From an uncultured Spirochaetota bacterium (GTDB lineage Bacteria; Spirochaetota; Brevinematia; Brevinematales; JAOACQ01): a DNA stretch of 64,000 nt. The position numbers and the translations under genes are program-made. Under the pieces are notes generated by a model that searched no databases, was not told where the DNA came from, and worked only from the letters and a program-made list of their open reading frames with translations. This document shows, piece after piece, positions 10,540 through 20,763 of the stretch; the first letter of the stretch is position 1, and every line of letters starts with the position of its first letter. The DNA lies in contig CAWAOD010000011.1 in assembly GCA_963783575.1 (NCBI GenBank), positions 128,001 through 192,000 on the forward strand. Direction: 5' to 3'.

Positions 10540-11171
10540 TAGTACAAAAAAGCTTCCTGTAAATTTTACTGACTGGCCGTCATTTACCAGAATAGATCCA
10601 AAGCGAGGCTCCGTTATGGAATGGGAAGAAACTTACGATACGAATGCATCGATTTATAAAAATAATGAAAATGCTTACTATCCTTACTATTTTCAATATA
10701 AATATTTTCCCGAAAAAGGTTATGTTGATGAGTTTATAAAATCAATAAAAGGGAATCAAACTTCCGATGTAAAATATCATGTGAAAGTGAATCCTGATTT
10801 TCCGATATGGGATCAAATTTCATTCGGATTTCATTCTGCGCGCTTTATAGATGCAAAGAGCGGAGGCATTGCGTATATGATTGCTCCTTTTATGATAAAA
10901 GATCCTGCACCGGTCACTTTCAAATATATTTCAACCGAAACAATTAAAACAAAAGCCGGGGTTTTCCGTGCAAATAAAATCAATATTGTTGTTGCGGACG
11001 CTTTCATTGGTAAACTTATGGAGCAGGTGATGAAAACCTCGGCGCTCTGGATCGAAGATTCCGATAGAAGGATTCTTTTAAAAGTACAATTGATGGGAAA
11101 TGATACAATTTTAGAGGATATTTCAAACGTTAAATAATATAATTTAGAATAATTAATTTATGGAGTAAAAT

Positions 11172-11858
11172 ATGGCTATTGAAATCAAGACAATTAATAC
11201 AGGAGTGAATTGCTATCTTCTTAAAACCGGATTAGATTTTTTCCTGATTGATACCGGTTTTTCCTCAAAAAAAGCATTGTTAGTCAATGAACTTGAGAAC
11301 GCCGGCTGCAATCCGGGCAACCTTAAACTTATCATTTTAACTCATGGCGATATTGATCATACAGGCAATTGCGCTTATTTAAGGGAAAAATACGGCACAA
11401 AAATAGTAATGCATAATGATGATACCGGAATGGCGGAAAACGGCGATATGAGTTTAAACAGGAAAAATAAGCCGGATAAAGTCTCTATAATTTTCAGATT
11501 AATTGGAGTTTTTTTCGGCGGTTCTATAAAATATGATAAATTTAAACCGGACATTATTATTGAGGGCGGGCAGGATCTTTCCGAATTTGGCTACAATGCA
11601 AGAATAATTCATATTCCAGGGCACTCAAAAGGTTCAATCGGCATTCTGACAGCCGAGGGAAGTCTGTTTTGCGGTGATCTGCTTATTAATTTCATTAAGC
11701 CGGGTTTTCATTTTTATATTGACAGTATGGCCGATGCAAAATCAAGCATTGAAAAACTATCAAAATTTAAAATTGATACCGTCTACCCCGGGCATGGCAG
11801 GCCATTCATCTGGGAGAAATTTCTGAAAAATTATCATAAGAAAAATAATAAGAAATAA
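11172..11858 (+). CDS. MBL-fold metallohydrolase (glyoxalase II-like)
   Basis: VNCYLL, LIDTG, THGDIDHTG, PGHSKGS, FCGD, VYPGHG. Confidence 0.9.
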   Translation: MAIEIKTINTGVNCYLLKTGLDFFLIDTGFSSKKALLVNELENAGCNPGNLKLIILTHGDIDHTGNCAYLREKYGTKIVMHNDDTGMAENGDMSLNRKNKPDKVSIIFRLIGVFFGGSIKYDKFKPDIIIEGGQDLSEFGYNARIIHIPGHSKGSIGILTAEGSLFCGDLLINFIKPGFHFYIDSMADAKSSIEKLSKFKIDTVYPGHGRPFIWEKFLKNYHKKNNKK

Positions 11859-11922
11859 TTTTCCATTAATAATTATTATTTATAAATTCCGTGTTAAACT
11901 CTTTTAATGATTGGAGAAGTAA

Positions 11923-12603
11923 ATGTTTAATGAAATTAAAACAATCAATTTGGGTGGAGTAAACTGCTACCTGATAAAAACTGCCGATGGATTTATTTTG
12001 ATTGATACAGGCTTTCCATTTAACCGTGATAATCTATTAAAAGAACTTGAAAAGGAAGGCTGTTTACCGGGTACCCTCAAACTTGTTGTTTTAACTCACC
12101 GCGATTGGGATCACACCGGCAGCGCCGCTTATCTTAAGGAAAAATATAAAACCAGAATAGCCATACATAAAGCCGACGCCGGCGGTGAACAGCTCATAAA
12201 AAGGAAAATGAAGCCGTTTTACCTGATGATATTAATGATACCTAAGATTATGAAAATTTTACCGAAAATACGGGAATATCCCCTTGAACGGTTTGAAACG
12301 GATTTGTTTCTGGAAGATGGTATGAGCCTCTTGGATTATGGTTTCGATGCCGAAATACTCCATCTCCCCGGTCATACAAAAGGATCAATCGCAGTTTTAA
12401 CTGGAAATAGCGATCTCTTTTGCGGCGATATAATCCAGGATTCTTATTTAAAAAAAGGGAAACCGGTTTTTGCCCAGATCTTCGAAGATGAAAAGAAACT
12501 CATTTTAAGCATTGAAAGACTGAAGCAGCAAAATATCAAAACTGTTTACCCGGGGCATGGTAAACCGTTTGCATGGGAAAAGTTTCTTGAAAATTATAAA
12601 TAA
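11923..12603 (+). CDS. MBL-fold metallohydrolase, paralogue of 11172-11858
   Basis: THRDWDHTG, PGHTKGS, FCGD, VYPGHG. Confidence 0.9.
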   Translation: MFNEIKTINLGGVNCYLIKTADGFILIDTGFPFNRDNLLKELEKEGCLPGTLKLVVLTHRDWDHTGSAAYLKEKYKTRIAIHKADAGGEQLIKRKMKPFYLMILMIPKIMKILPKIREYPLERFETDLFLEDGMSLLDYGFDAEILHLPGHTKGSIAVLTGNSDLFCGDIIQDSYLKKGKPVFAQIFEDEKKLILSIERLKQQNIKTVYPGHGKPFAWEKFLENYK

Positions 12604-12720
12604 AAAAGAAAGTTATATTGCTATAAACTCAAAAGCTGCCATCTGAGTAAATAATTCAATTATGATTTACAAGGCTTTGGAAAGATATAAAAATGAGAAT
12701 TTGCTGATTGGAGGCATTAT

Positions 12721-13137
12721 ATGAACATAAAGGTGTTTTATCAATCAAAGACTGGAAATACAAAAAAGGTGGCTGATGCGATGGCTGCAGCAGCGGGTTG
12801 TGAAGCCCTGCCGACGGCTAATGCCCATCAACCGGTCGAAGCTGATTTATTGCTTATTGGAGGGGCGGTTTACGCAATCTATGACCATGATATCCATCCG
12901 GATTTAAAGCGGTTTATCGGCAGCCTTGATTCCCGAAAAATTAAAAGGGCGGCGGTTTTCTGTACCGGTTTTCAGGAAGCGGCAAATAATATTATGAAGA
13001 ACCTGTTAGAAAAAAGAGGCATTCCAGTGGAGAAGGAAAGTTTTACCTGTAAAGGTAAATTTCTTCTTTTTAATTTTGGACATCCCGACAAAGTAGATCT
13101 GAATAATGCGAAAGAGTTTATCGGAAGGTTTTTGTGA
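12721..13137 (+). CDS. Flavodoxin-like protein
   Basis: YQSKTGNTKKVA FMN phosphate loop. Confidence 0.85.
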   Translation: MNIKVFYQSKTGNTKKVADAMAAAAGCEALPTANAHQPVEADLLLIGGAVYAIYDHDIHPDLKRFIGSLDSRKIKRAAVFCTGFQEAANNIMKNLLEKRGIPVEKESFTCKGKFLLFNFGHPDKVDLNNAKEFIGRFL

Positions 13138-13152
13138 TGCAGGAGCTTTAAT

Positions 13153-13620
13153 ATGAATATAGGTATTATCGTTTTTTCAGGAACAGGAAATACCCTTTCT
13201 GTTGCACAAAAGCTTAAAGAAAAATTATCATCAATTGGTCATACCGCAGTCCTGGAACAGATTAAGGTTTCGGGTTATAATCCGCGGAAAATTGGCAATT
13301 TTCAATTTACCGATGTGCCCGATGCCGGACGGTATGATGCGATTGTTTTTACGGCCCCCGTGCAGGCTTTTTCTCTGTCACCGGTTATGAAAAAATATTT
13401 TGAACGGTCCGGTTCACTGAAGGGCAAGAAGGCTGCCTGCCTGGTAACACAATATTTTCCATTTTCCTGGATGGGCGGCAGGCAGGCGATCGGCTGGATG
13501 AAAAATTTCTGTGTATCCAAAGGCATTGAAGTCCTGGGAACAGGGATAGTGAATTGGTCAAAAAAAGACCGCGATCATCAAATAGTTGAAGTAGTCGACC
13601 GGTTAAGCGGATTATTTTAA
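13153..13620 (+). CDS. Flavodoxin-like protein
   Basis: VFSGTGNTLSVA loop; YDAIVFTAPV. Confidence 0.85.
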   Translation: MNIGIIVFSGTGNTLSVAQKLKEKLSSIGHTAVLEQIKVSGYNPRKIGNFQFTDVPDAGRYDAIVFTAPVQAFSLSPVMKKYFERSGSLKGKKAACLVTQYFPFSWMGGRQAIGWMKNFCVSKGIEVLGTGIVNWSKKDRDHQIVEVVDRLSGLF

Positions 13621-13645
13621 CAAACATGCTACTTAAAGGAAAAAT

Positions 13646-14389
13646 ATGAATGCAAAAAAGAATGAACTTAATTCTGATATAGTTGATTCACCATGGAAGG
13701 TTATATGCAGGATCGGGGGGATAGCTGCTATTATTTTTATTGTTTATTCCCTTGTCACTTTCATAGTTTTATTTAAATTAGGCGCAGGCACCGATACCGT
13801 TTTGGAGTATTATACTTTGTTGCATAATAATAGAATTGAGGGCCTTTTAAAGCTCGATATACTGACCGCTATATGCATGCCGCTGTATTACCTGCTATTT
13901 TTTGGGATCTACGCTGCGCTCAGGAAAACCGAGGGAGCGCTTACAGCTCTGGGTACGATTTTTATATTCATAGGGGTTACACTTTTCCTTGCTACACCTT
14001 CCGTTTTTTCTATGGCATACTTAAGTGATCAATATGCTGCGGCTATCACCGATTCACAAAGATCACAGCTCCTGGCGGCGGGAGAAGCCGTAATGGCTTC
14101 AGATATGTGGCATGGCACCGGGGCTCGCATCGGCGGTTTTATCATTGAAAGTGCCGCCCTGTTTATATCATTTGTTATGTTTCGGAGCAAGGTTTTTGGG
14201 AAATTGACGGCTTATGTTGGAATTATTACTAACGGTCTCGACCTGATACATATTATTGTAAACGTTTTCCAGCCGGGTATCGGCTCTGTTCTTATGGCCA
14301 TCTCCGGTACGCTATATCTTGCCTGGTTTCCGCTGTTAGCCTGGAGGCTTTTACAATTAGGGCATATTGATAGAAAAGGCATTTCATAA
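13646..14389 (+). CDS. Integral membrane protein (DUF4386-like)
   Basis: Six to seven TM segments; LSDQYAAA...AAGEA and FGKLTAYVGI motifs typical of DUF4386-type proteins. Confidence 0.6.
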   Translation: MNAKKNELNSDIVDSPWKVICRIGGIAAIIFIVYSLVTFIVLFKLGAGTDTVLEYYTLLHNNRIEGLLKLDILTAICMPLYYLLFFGIYAALRKTEGALTALGTIFIFIGVTLFLATPSVFSMAYLSDQYAAAITDSQRSQLLAAGEAVMASDMWHGTGARIGGFIIESAALFISFVMFRSKVFGKLTAYVGIITNGLDLIHIIVNVFQPGIGSVLMAISGTLYLAWFPLLAWRLLQLGHIDRKGIS

Positions 14390-14415
14390 TAAAAACGGCA
14401 ATATATAAAAAGAGT

Positions 14416-14459
14416 TTCTAACACAAGGTTGTGTTTTTAAATGCAACCTTGTGTTAGAA
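14416..14459. repeat. Perfect 16-bp inverted repeat (hairpin)
   Basis: TTCTAACACAAGGTTG (14416-14431), 12-nt spacer, CAACCTTGTGTTAGAA (14444-14459). Confidence 0.85.
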
Positions 14460-14503
14460 GACTGGAGAATACAGTTGATGAGATGGCAAATGGAGGAAAT
14501 TTT

Positions 14504-15362
14504 ATGAACCGGCTATTAAAAATTTTTATCGGGGGCCTTTTTTTAATTTTGTTTTTCACAGCCGGCGCTTTTTCGATGGGAAACAACAAGCTTGTTCCAA
14601 TGAAGTTATATCCGGCAGTTGATATTCCCGACGGGGAGTTCCTTCATTACGGATTTTTATCCGCAGGAGAAAAGTCTTCGGACTATTATTTTGTTACCAG
14701 AAAGATAACTGACGGGAAAGGAGGTTTTTTTTACCGTTGTTATGAGGACATAATTTCAATTTCAAGCCGCAGGAAACCCGATAAAAATTATACCAGCTGG
14801 CCAATTTATTATGATATTGACCCTAAACTCGGTTCGGTTATAAGCTCGGTGGGAAATTTGACCGCTGAAGACACTAAAGATTGGCCCAAAGCCCCCTCCG
14901 GAGAAATCTTTTTATCCTGGAATTACCGGCTGGACAATGATAAAGGCACAGTGGAATACAGTTCAAAAATGCTAAAAGGCAAAGAAACAAACGAGAGTAA
15001 ATCCCTTGTGAAATTCAGCACCGGTTTTCCCAGCACCGACCAGTGGGGGGGATCAACATTATTCCGTCTATTAGACCCCCGAAGCGGCGGCGTATATTAT
15101 GTAATTACCGCGATGTATATGAAGGAGCCAATGCCGTTTACCATAAAATATATTTCTACAGAAACCATTGAAACGAAAGCCGGGACTTTCCGTGTAGACA
15201 AATTGAATAACCTACCCGGAGACCCATTTCTTGGAAAAACTTCTGGAACCGATGATGAAGACTTCAGGATACTGGATTGAGGATTCAAAAAGGAGACTTC
15301 TTGTAAAAGATGAGATGGTGGGGGCCGGTGTTATACTTGAAGAAATTTCAAATGTAAAATAA
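14504..15362 (+). pseudogene. Exported paralogue family, copy 6, +1 frameshift near 15235 (possibly an assembly error)
   Basis: ATG at 14504 after GGAGG. Removing one A from GGAAAAACTT restores DPFLGKLLEPMMKTSGYWIEDSKRRLL...LEEISNVK* (TAA at 15360-15362). Confidence 0.85.
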
Positions 15363-15483
15363 CCCAGGTAAGCTGTTATATTCGATATTTTGAGTTTAAT
15401 GTTTCTCTTCATTACAATATATATAGTTTGCAATAAACCAATCGGTCAACTCAGTAAATCAAATAAAATCAGGCGGTTATAGT

Positions 15484-16360
15484 ATGAAACAAGGATTGCG
15501 AGTATTATTTGTCTTATCATTATTAATAACGGTTTTTATGTTCGATTCCTGTTCAAAGAAAGGCATAAACTTTATTCCCAAGAAAGTATTTTCAGTTATT
15601 AATATCCCCGATGGTGAGTTCCTTCATTATGGCACTTATTTCGGCGGAGATAAAATCCTTGATCAATATTTTGTTACAAAGATAGAAACAAATTTAAACG
15701 GAGGCATTAATTTCAGAATTTACTGTAATTTTATATCCGTTTCGGATACTAAAAATAATCCAGGATATTTTACTAACTGGCCGATGGTAATGATAATCGA
15801 TGCGGCAAGCGGTTCCGTTATTGAATCGGAAGGAAAATTAAGCACAAACACCTTGCAGTTGCAGGCATTTGAAGAAGCCGGAATCAGGGGCCTGGTCTAC
15901 TGGCATTATCAATTATTCCAGAATAAAGGATATGTTGATTATACCTCAAAATCTTTAAAGGGCGAAGAAACGGTAACAAAGAGATTCAAGATTTATGTAA
16001 AACCCGGTTTTCCGCTTTTTGACGCTTTTTCAATCAATATATTTTCAAACCGGCTTATCGATCCGGACAGCCCGGGAATCATGTACTCGGATTATCCCGA
16101 ATTTTTTTAAGGAACCTTTGCCTATTTCAACCGGGATTGAAAAAAAAGAAATTGTAACGACTAAAGCGGGAACATTTAAGGTAAATATAATAAATACAAT
16201 TGTCGGGGACGCTTTTATCAACGCGCTTGTGGGCCCTGTTTTAAAAAACACCAGCCACCTGGTTGAGGACTCGGACAGAAGGCGTATAATAAAACGGGAG
16301 GTTCCGGGAGGGGGGACTGTTCTTGAAGAGATTTCAAACGTGAATGTAAACCGGCCGTAA
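15484..16360 (+). pseudogene. Exported paralogue family, copy 7 (lipobox-like FDSC), +1 frameshift near 16089
   Basis: ORFs 15484-16110 and 16019-16360 carry consecutive motifs (IPDGEFLHYG...GIMY | IIPNFFKEP...TKAGTF...LEEISNV). Confidence 0.85.
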
Positions 16361-16365
16361 TAAAA

Positions 16366-16456
16366 GTCACCCTGAGCCCCTTCCCTTCGACTATCGCTCA
16401 GGGAAAGCTACTCAGGACAGGTAATTGTAACCATACTTCGTCAGGCTCAGTATGAC
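16366..16456. repeat. REP-like palindromic element
   Basis: GTCACCCTGAGCC ... GGCTCAGTATGAC imperfect inverted ends enclosing CCTTCGACTATCGCTCAGGG and CTTCGTCAGGCTCAG units. Confidence 0.65.
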
Positions 16457-16551
16457 GATGGCAGTAATAAATGAGTTTTAGAATTGCCCTAAAAAAAATA
16501 ATGTGAAGGTTCATACTCGCATAAATCATCTCTTAAGAAGGATTAATAATA

Positions 16552-17469
16552 ATGGAATATCTGTTTACCGCGGCTTTTCTGATTTTGTGGATTTTATGCG
16601 CGGTTGCTCTATCTTTTTCGCTATTTTTTTCTTATAAAACCGGGAACCGGATATGGAAATTTTATTCAATATTCTATGTCTATCTGAATATTAAAATATT
16701 TTTTCATTTAATCCAGATTTATTTAAAATCCAGCCTTCCTCTTGAAAATATTTCCCAAATTTACTGGTTTGGAATTCATTCCGATGTGTCTTTACTTTTA
16801 TGCCTGTCTTTTCCAATTCTATTTCAAACTTTGACGGATGTTCCGGGCAGGAAAATACTGAACAGAATCTGCGGCATATTTTTGATATTGATTGCTCTTA
16901 TAGAAATGAATCCTTATCTGGTACAATTGATATACGGGCCTGACTCATACTTCTTTTCAATTCCTTACCTGGATAACATTTTACTTTTCCTTTCCGCCAT
17001 ATATAATTTTATAATATTTCTCTTTAATTACGGAAAAATCAAACTTTCTGAACAGAAACGGTCTGCCGTAAGCCTTCTCGCTCTATTTATGTTTTTCTTG
17101 ATTGACCACTTTTTTATTTTATTGCGGCTGTTTTTCAATCCATTAAATATCATTATGAGCTGTTTCAACATTCTGTTTTATGTCACCTGGAATATCGTCT
17201 TTTTCCGTTATCTCATTCAGGGTTTTATCAGAATTCCTGATAATTTAATGGGTATCAACCTTGAACATTCTTTTATAAAAAGATACAACCTGACGGATCG
17301 GGAAAGTGAAATTGTGAATATGCTGATTCAGGGAAAAACCAATCCATCCATCGGTGAAAAACTGTTTTTATCGATTAAAACCGTTAAAAACCATATTTAT
17401 AAAATTTACCGGAAAACAGGTGTAAAGAGCCGTATTGAACTGGCTTATCTGATTAAAAACATGAAATAA
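16552..17469 (+). CDS. Membrane-anchored LuxR-family regulator 3
   Basis: Multi-TM region, then LTDRESEIVNMLIQGKTNPSIGEKLFLSIKTVKNHIYKIYRKTGVKSRIEL. Confidence 0.9.
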   Translation: MEYLFTAAFLILWILCAVALSFSLFFSYKTGNRIWKFYSIFYVYLNIKIFFHLIQIYLKSSLPLENISQIYWFGIHSDVSLLLCLSFPILFQTLTDVPGRKILNRICGIFLILIALIEMNPYLVQLIYGPDSYFFSIPYLDNILLFLSAIYNFIIFLFNYGKIKLSEQKRSAVSLLALFMFFLIDHFFILLRLFFNPLNIIMSCFNILFYVTWNIVFFRYLIQGFIRIPDNLMGINLEHSFIKRYNLTDRESEIVNMLIQGKTNPSIGEKLFLSIKTVKNHIYKIYRKTGVKSRIELAYLIKNMK

Positions 17470-17489
17470 TAAATAGATAAAATAAAAAA

Positions 17490-17556
17490 AGGACTATTGT
17501 CCTATCAGTAACATACCAAAGTCCCATTGATTTTCGAGACTCTCAGAAATTATAAT
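17490..17556 (+). promoter_or_regulatory. Putative LuxR operator plus sigma70 promoter (site B) for copy 8
   Basis: AGGAC-TATT-GTCCT (17490-17503), TACCAAAGTCCCAT, TTGATT (17527-17532), TATAAT (17551-17556). Same 60-bp GGAC-to--10 distance as site A. Confidence 0.6.
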
Positions 17557-17583
17557 TAATGCAGGTTTCGGGGAGGCAGTTTT

Positions 17584-18450
17584 ATGAATATTAGATTCGT
17601 TTTTGTTACAGGATTATTTTCACTTATGATCGGTTCGCTGACAACGGTTTATCCGATGGGTGGTAAAGTTAAAATATTTCCTATGAAAACATATTCCTAT
17701 ATCAATATTCCCGATGGTGAATTTCTCGATTATGGGGTTTATACTGGCGGAGTAAAGAAAGAGGATATTTATTATGTTATAAAAAAGGAAACTAATGCCA
17801 AAGGAGGTATTTATTACCGTATTTATACTGATACAATATCTATTACGAATAATAAACTGATCCGGAAAAATTACACGAACTGGCCGGGATTTTCCATTAT
17901 TGATCCAAAACAGGGGGCGGTTATTGAAGCGGAGAAGTACTTCGACACTAACTCTCTAGCAGATTTCAGCGCTGTCGGGGGTAATATCTTCTATTATCAT
18001 TATCAGTTAAATGATGACAGAGGTTATGTGGATTTTGTATCGAAAACAAAAAGCAAGGAGGATGTCATATCAACAACGCACAGCAGGGTAAATGTTCAAT
18101 CCGGTTCCCCTGTGTGGGATAGAGGATCGATGTGGATGTTTTCTACGCGATTTATGGACTTTAAAAGCGTAGGGGTAGTGTTTTTGATTGTCCCGGAGGT
18201 CTTAAAAACACCTTTATCCTGTACATTTACGTTTATTTCAAAGGAAACCATTTCGACTAAAGCGGGAACATTCCGGGTTAATAAGGTAGGTTTTATGGTT
18301 TCGGATCCTTTTCTTATGAAGCTGATGGGCTGGATGGCAAAAGATGTATACTCATATGTGGATGAATCTGACAGGAGAATTATGGTAAAAACTCATACTC
18401 CATCCTCTGAATGGGTGCTTGAGGAGATTTCTAATGTGAATTTGAGATAG
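17584..18450 (+). CDS. Exported paralogue family, copy 8
   Basis: YPMGGK signal end; IPDGEFLDYG, IIDP, TKAGTF, SDPFLMKLM, DESDRR, LEEISNV. Confidence 0.85.
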   Translation: MNIRFVFVTGLFSLMIGSLTTVYPMGGKVKIFPMKTYSYINIPDGEFLDYGVYTGGVKKEDIYYVIKKETNAKGGIYYRIYTDTISITNNKLIRKNYTNWPGFSIIDPKQGAVIEAEKYFDTNSLADFSAVGGNIFYYHYQLNDDRGYVDFVSKTKSKEDVISTTHSRVNVQSGSPVWDRGSMWMFSTRFMDFKSVGVVFLIVPEVLKTPLSCTFTFISKETISTKAGTFRVNKVGFMVSDPFLMKLMGWMAKDVYSYVDESDRRIMVKTHTPSSEWVLEEISNVNLR

Positions 18451-18979
18451 TCAACAGTTAATAAAACAAAGAGTTATCTGCTGACTTCTAACGACATACA
18501 CGGCAGATTATCACTTTTATTAATCAGCCTGTTAATTCTTCTGCTTCTGAAATACGAGTTTAAATTAAACTTGAGTACTTTATTCATTTTTCTTGGATTC
18601 AGCCTTAATTTTATTTTTAATGTCATTGTTTTTCAATAAAATCTTTTTTCGATTCGACAGATGGAGGCTTAAATTGTAAAATTAATGGATTTTATTATGG
18701 GTCATACTCATTTCCAGCATATTCCACGCTGCCTTGATAAGCAGTAAATTTCAATATTTTAAATTAAATTCGGTATATGGGATAAAATCCCTATTGTTTT
18801 AAATATGATAATAATGTAAAATATTGTAATTCAATTCAGACCAACTAATTTTACTAATTAGCAAGAATTGGTATAATTTGTGCAATTTGTGGCACATATT
18901 AATACTGAAAAGAAAATATATAAGAGGGCATCATAGTAGCTATGTGAGACAAAAACTTTATCCGGAAGGTTGATAAATT

Positions 18980-19837
18980 ATGATCAAAAGTTGGAAATTC
19001 GCCGCTGAAATTTTAATAATAATACTGATTCATACTGCTTCAGCATTTTCAATGGGAAATAAAACGCTTCCGATGAAGACTTATACAGGTACGGAAATTA
19101 CCGAAGCAGAGTTTCTCCATTACTGTCAGTATTTTGGCGGAGAAAGGGATTCGGATTATTATTATGTAACGAGAACTGAAACGAATGGAAAAGGTGGATT
19201 ATATTACCGGGTATACTACATAACCATTCCGGTATCTGAGGGAAAAAAGCCGCCGGAGAATTATTCAAACTGGCCTTCATTTTTTGTAATTGACCCAAAA
19301 ACCGGTTCCATTATTGAATCGGAATTCAAACTCAATCCCAATGATTCGATAAAATGGGCAAAAGGCGGGCTGGGATATTTAATATACGGGCATTATAAAT
19401 TATTCCACGATAAAGGTTATGTCGAGTATTTTTCAAAAAAAAAGACGGATTATGGAACCAATGAGACAAGGTACATTGTAAGGTTCAATACTGATATTCC
19501 AAGCGGGGATGTTTCCGGCGTGTATTTCCAGCCTCGTTTTCTGGATCCCCTAAATACAGGTGTTTATTATAAAATCATTCCGGAATTTATGAAGGATGCA
19601 ATGCCTGTTACTATGAAATTTTTATCAAAAGAAACAATTAAGGTTAAAGCTGGAACTTTCCGGGTGAATAAATATAGCATTGTAATGGCCGATCCCTTTG
19701 TTGGAAAACTTGTCGAATCCGTTATGAAAAATTCGATAATAATGATTGAGGTTTCAGAAAGAAGACTTGTAGTTAAATCCGATATTCCCGGAGGCTATGT
19801 TGAACTTGAAGAGATTTCAAATATAAACAAGAGATAG
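18980..19837 (+). CDS. Exported paralogue family, copy 9
   Basis: AFSMGNK signal end; EFLHY, VIDP, KAGTF, ADPFVGKLVE, LEEISN. Confidence 0.85.
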   Translation: MIKSWKFAAEILIIILIHTASAFSMGNKTLPMKTYTGTEITEAEFLHYCQYFGGERDSDYYYVTRTETNGKGGLYYRVYYITIPVSEGKKPPENYSNWPSFFVIDPKTGSIIESEFKLNPNDSIKWAKGGLGYLIYGHYKLFHDKGYVEYFSKKKTDYGTNETRYIVRFNTDIPSGDVSGVYFQPRFLDPLNTGVYYKIIPEFMKDAMPVTMKFLSKETIKVKAGTFRVNKYSIVMADPFVGKLVESVMKNSIIMIEVSERRLVVKSDIPGGYVELEEISNINKR

Positions 19838-19949
19838 ACGACGATATTACAATACCGACTAATAAGATCGAGATCCTGTTTTGAATCATACCTGATAGAA
19901 TGGCAACTTCTTATCGGTTTAGGCGATACAATGGGCAAAAGAAAGGGAA

Positions 19950-20000
19950 AATCTGAAAAAATTAAAAATAAAAACCGTTTATCCGGGGTATGGAAATAAA
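19950..20000 (+). pseudogene. C-terminal remnant of an MBL-fold hydrolase
   Basis: Reads LKKLKIKTVYPGYG, matching the ends of 11172/11923 (NIKTVYPGHG). Confidence 0.5.
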
Positions 20001-20032
20001 TTTTATTCTTTCATTAAACTGGGAGGTTTACT

Positions 20033-20723
20033 ATGAATGAAATCGAAATTTATTATTTTTCAGGTACTGGAAAACAAACGGAAAACTTATACCTTTGGCC
20101 TCCGTGACGAATAAAGAAAGCATAAGTACCGATGCCGGTATAATTGGAATTATATTCCCGGTTTATTATCTTTTCAACGGGGGAAAACCGCTTATCATAG
20201 AACGATTTGTTAAAAACCTGAAAAACATTGATTTAAAATAAATATTCGCTGTATGCAAAACTGCTTTTTACGGGGTACGGCAATCAATCAATAGAATAAA
20301 ATGATCCGGAAGTATGGCGATAAGCTTTCGGCATGATTTGCAGTACAGATGCCCTATAACTATACTGACTGGTTAGAATGTTCGATAACTGGAAGATAAA
20401 GCTTGATATGATTCATGAAATCGTTAACCTAAAAGAGAAAGTAAATTTGAAACAAGTTCTAATATCAGCGAAGCTTTGTTAGGTTTGATCGGTTTAAGGA
20501 AAAATGCCAAATCTCATTATAATTGAAAGCCAATTTCAAGAAAGATCCGGGTCTTTCTTTTAATGAAATCTTGCCCTTTATGGACAGGAGCTACCGTTAC
20601 AATGAGAACTGTAATGGCTGTGGCATATGCTCGAAGATTTATCCCGTAAATAATAGAAATGAGACCTGCAATGGTACCTGGAGGAAGCAATATTTAGATA
20701 TGTTAAGGCAGGATTTGCCTTAA
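20033..20723 (+). pseudogene. Degraded EFR1-type flavodoxin-ferredoxin gene
   Basis: ATG at 20033 after GGAGG gives MNEIEIYYFSGTG. Later fragments IIGIIFPVY, QMPYNY and CNGCGICSKIYP, with several stops and shifts. Confidence 0.7.
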
Positions 20724-20763
20724 AAGGATTCCAAATTATAATAGTAAAAAATGGAGGAATAAT

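Larger units (their letters stand above)
9145..11137 (+). pseudogene. Exported paralogue family, copy 5, interrupted by IS630
   Basis: Joining 9145-9406 to 10542-11137 gives an 858-nt in-frame ORF (...DQISLSSTKKLPVNFTDW...) with all family motifs. Confidence 0.9.

Noticed and set aside
18778..18797. GGGAT-AAA-ATCCC palindrome as a third LuxR operator upstream of copy 9
   Set aside because: Differs from AGGAC-N4-GTCCT in sequence and spacing and lacks the paired box. Not supportable.
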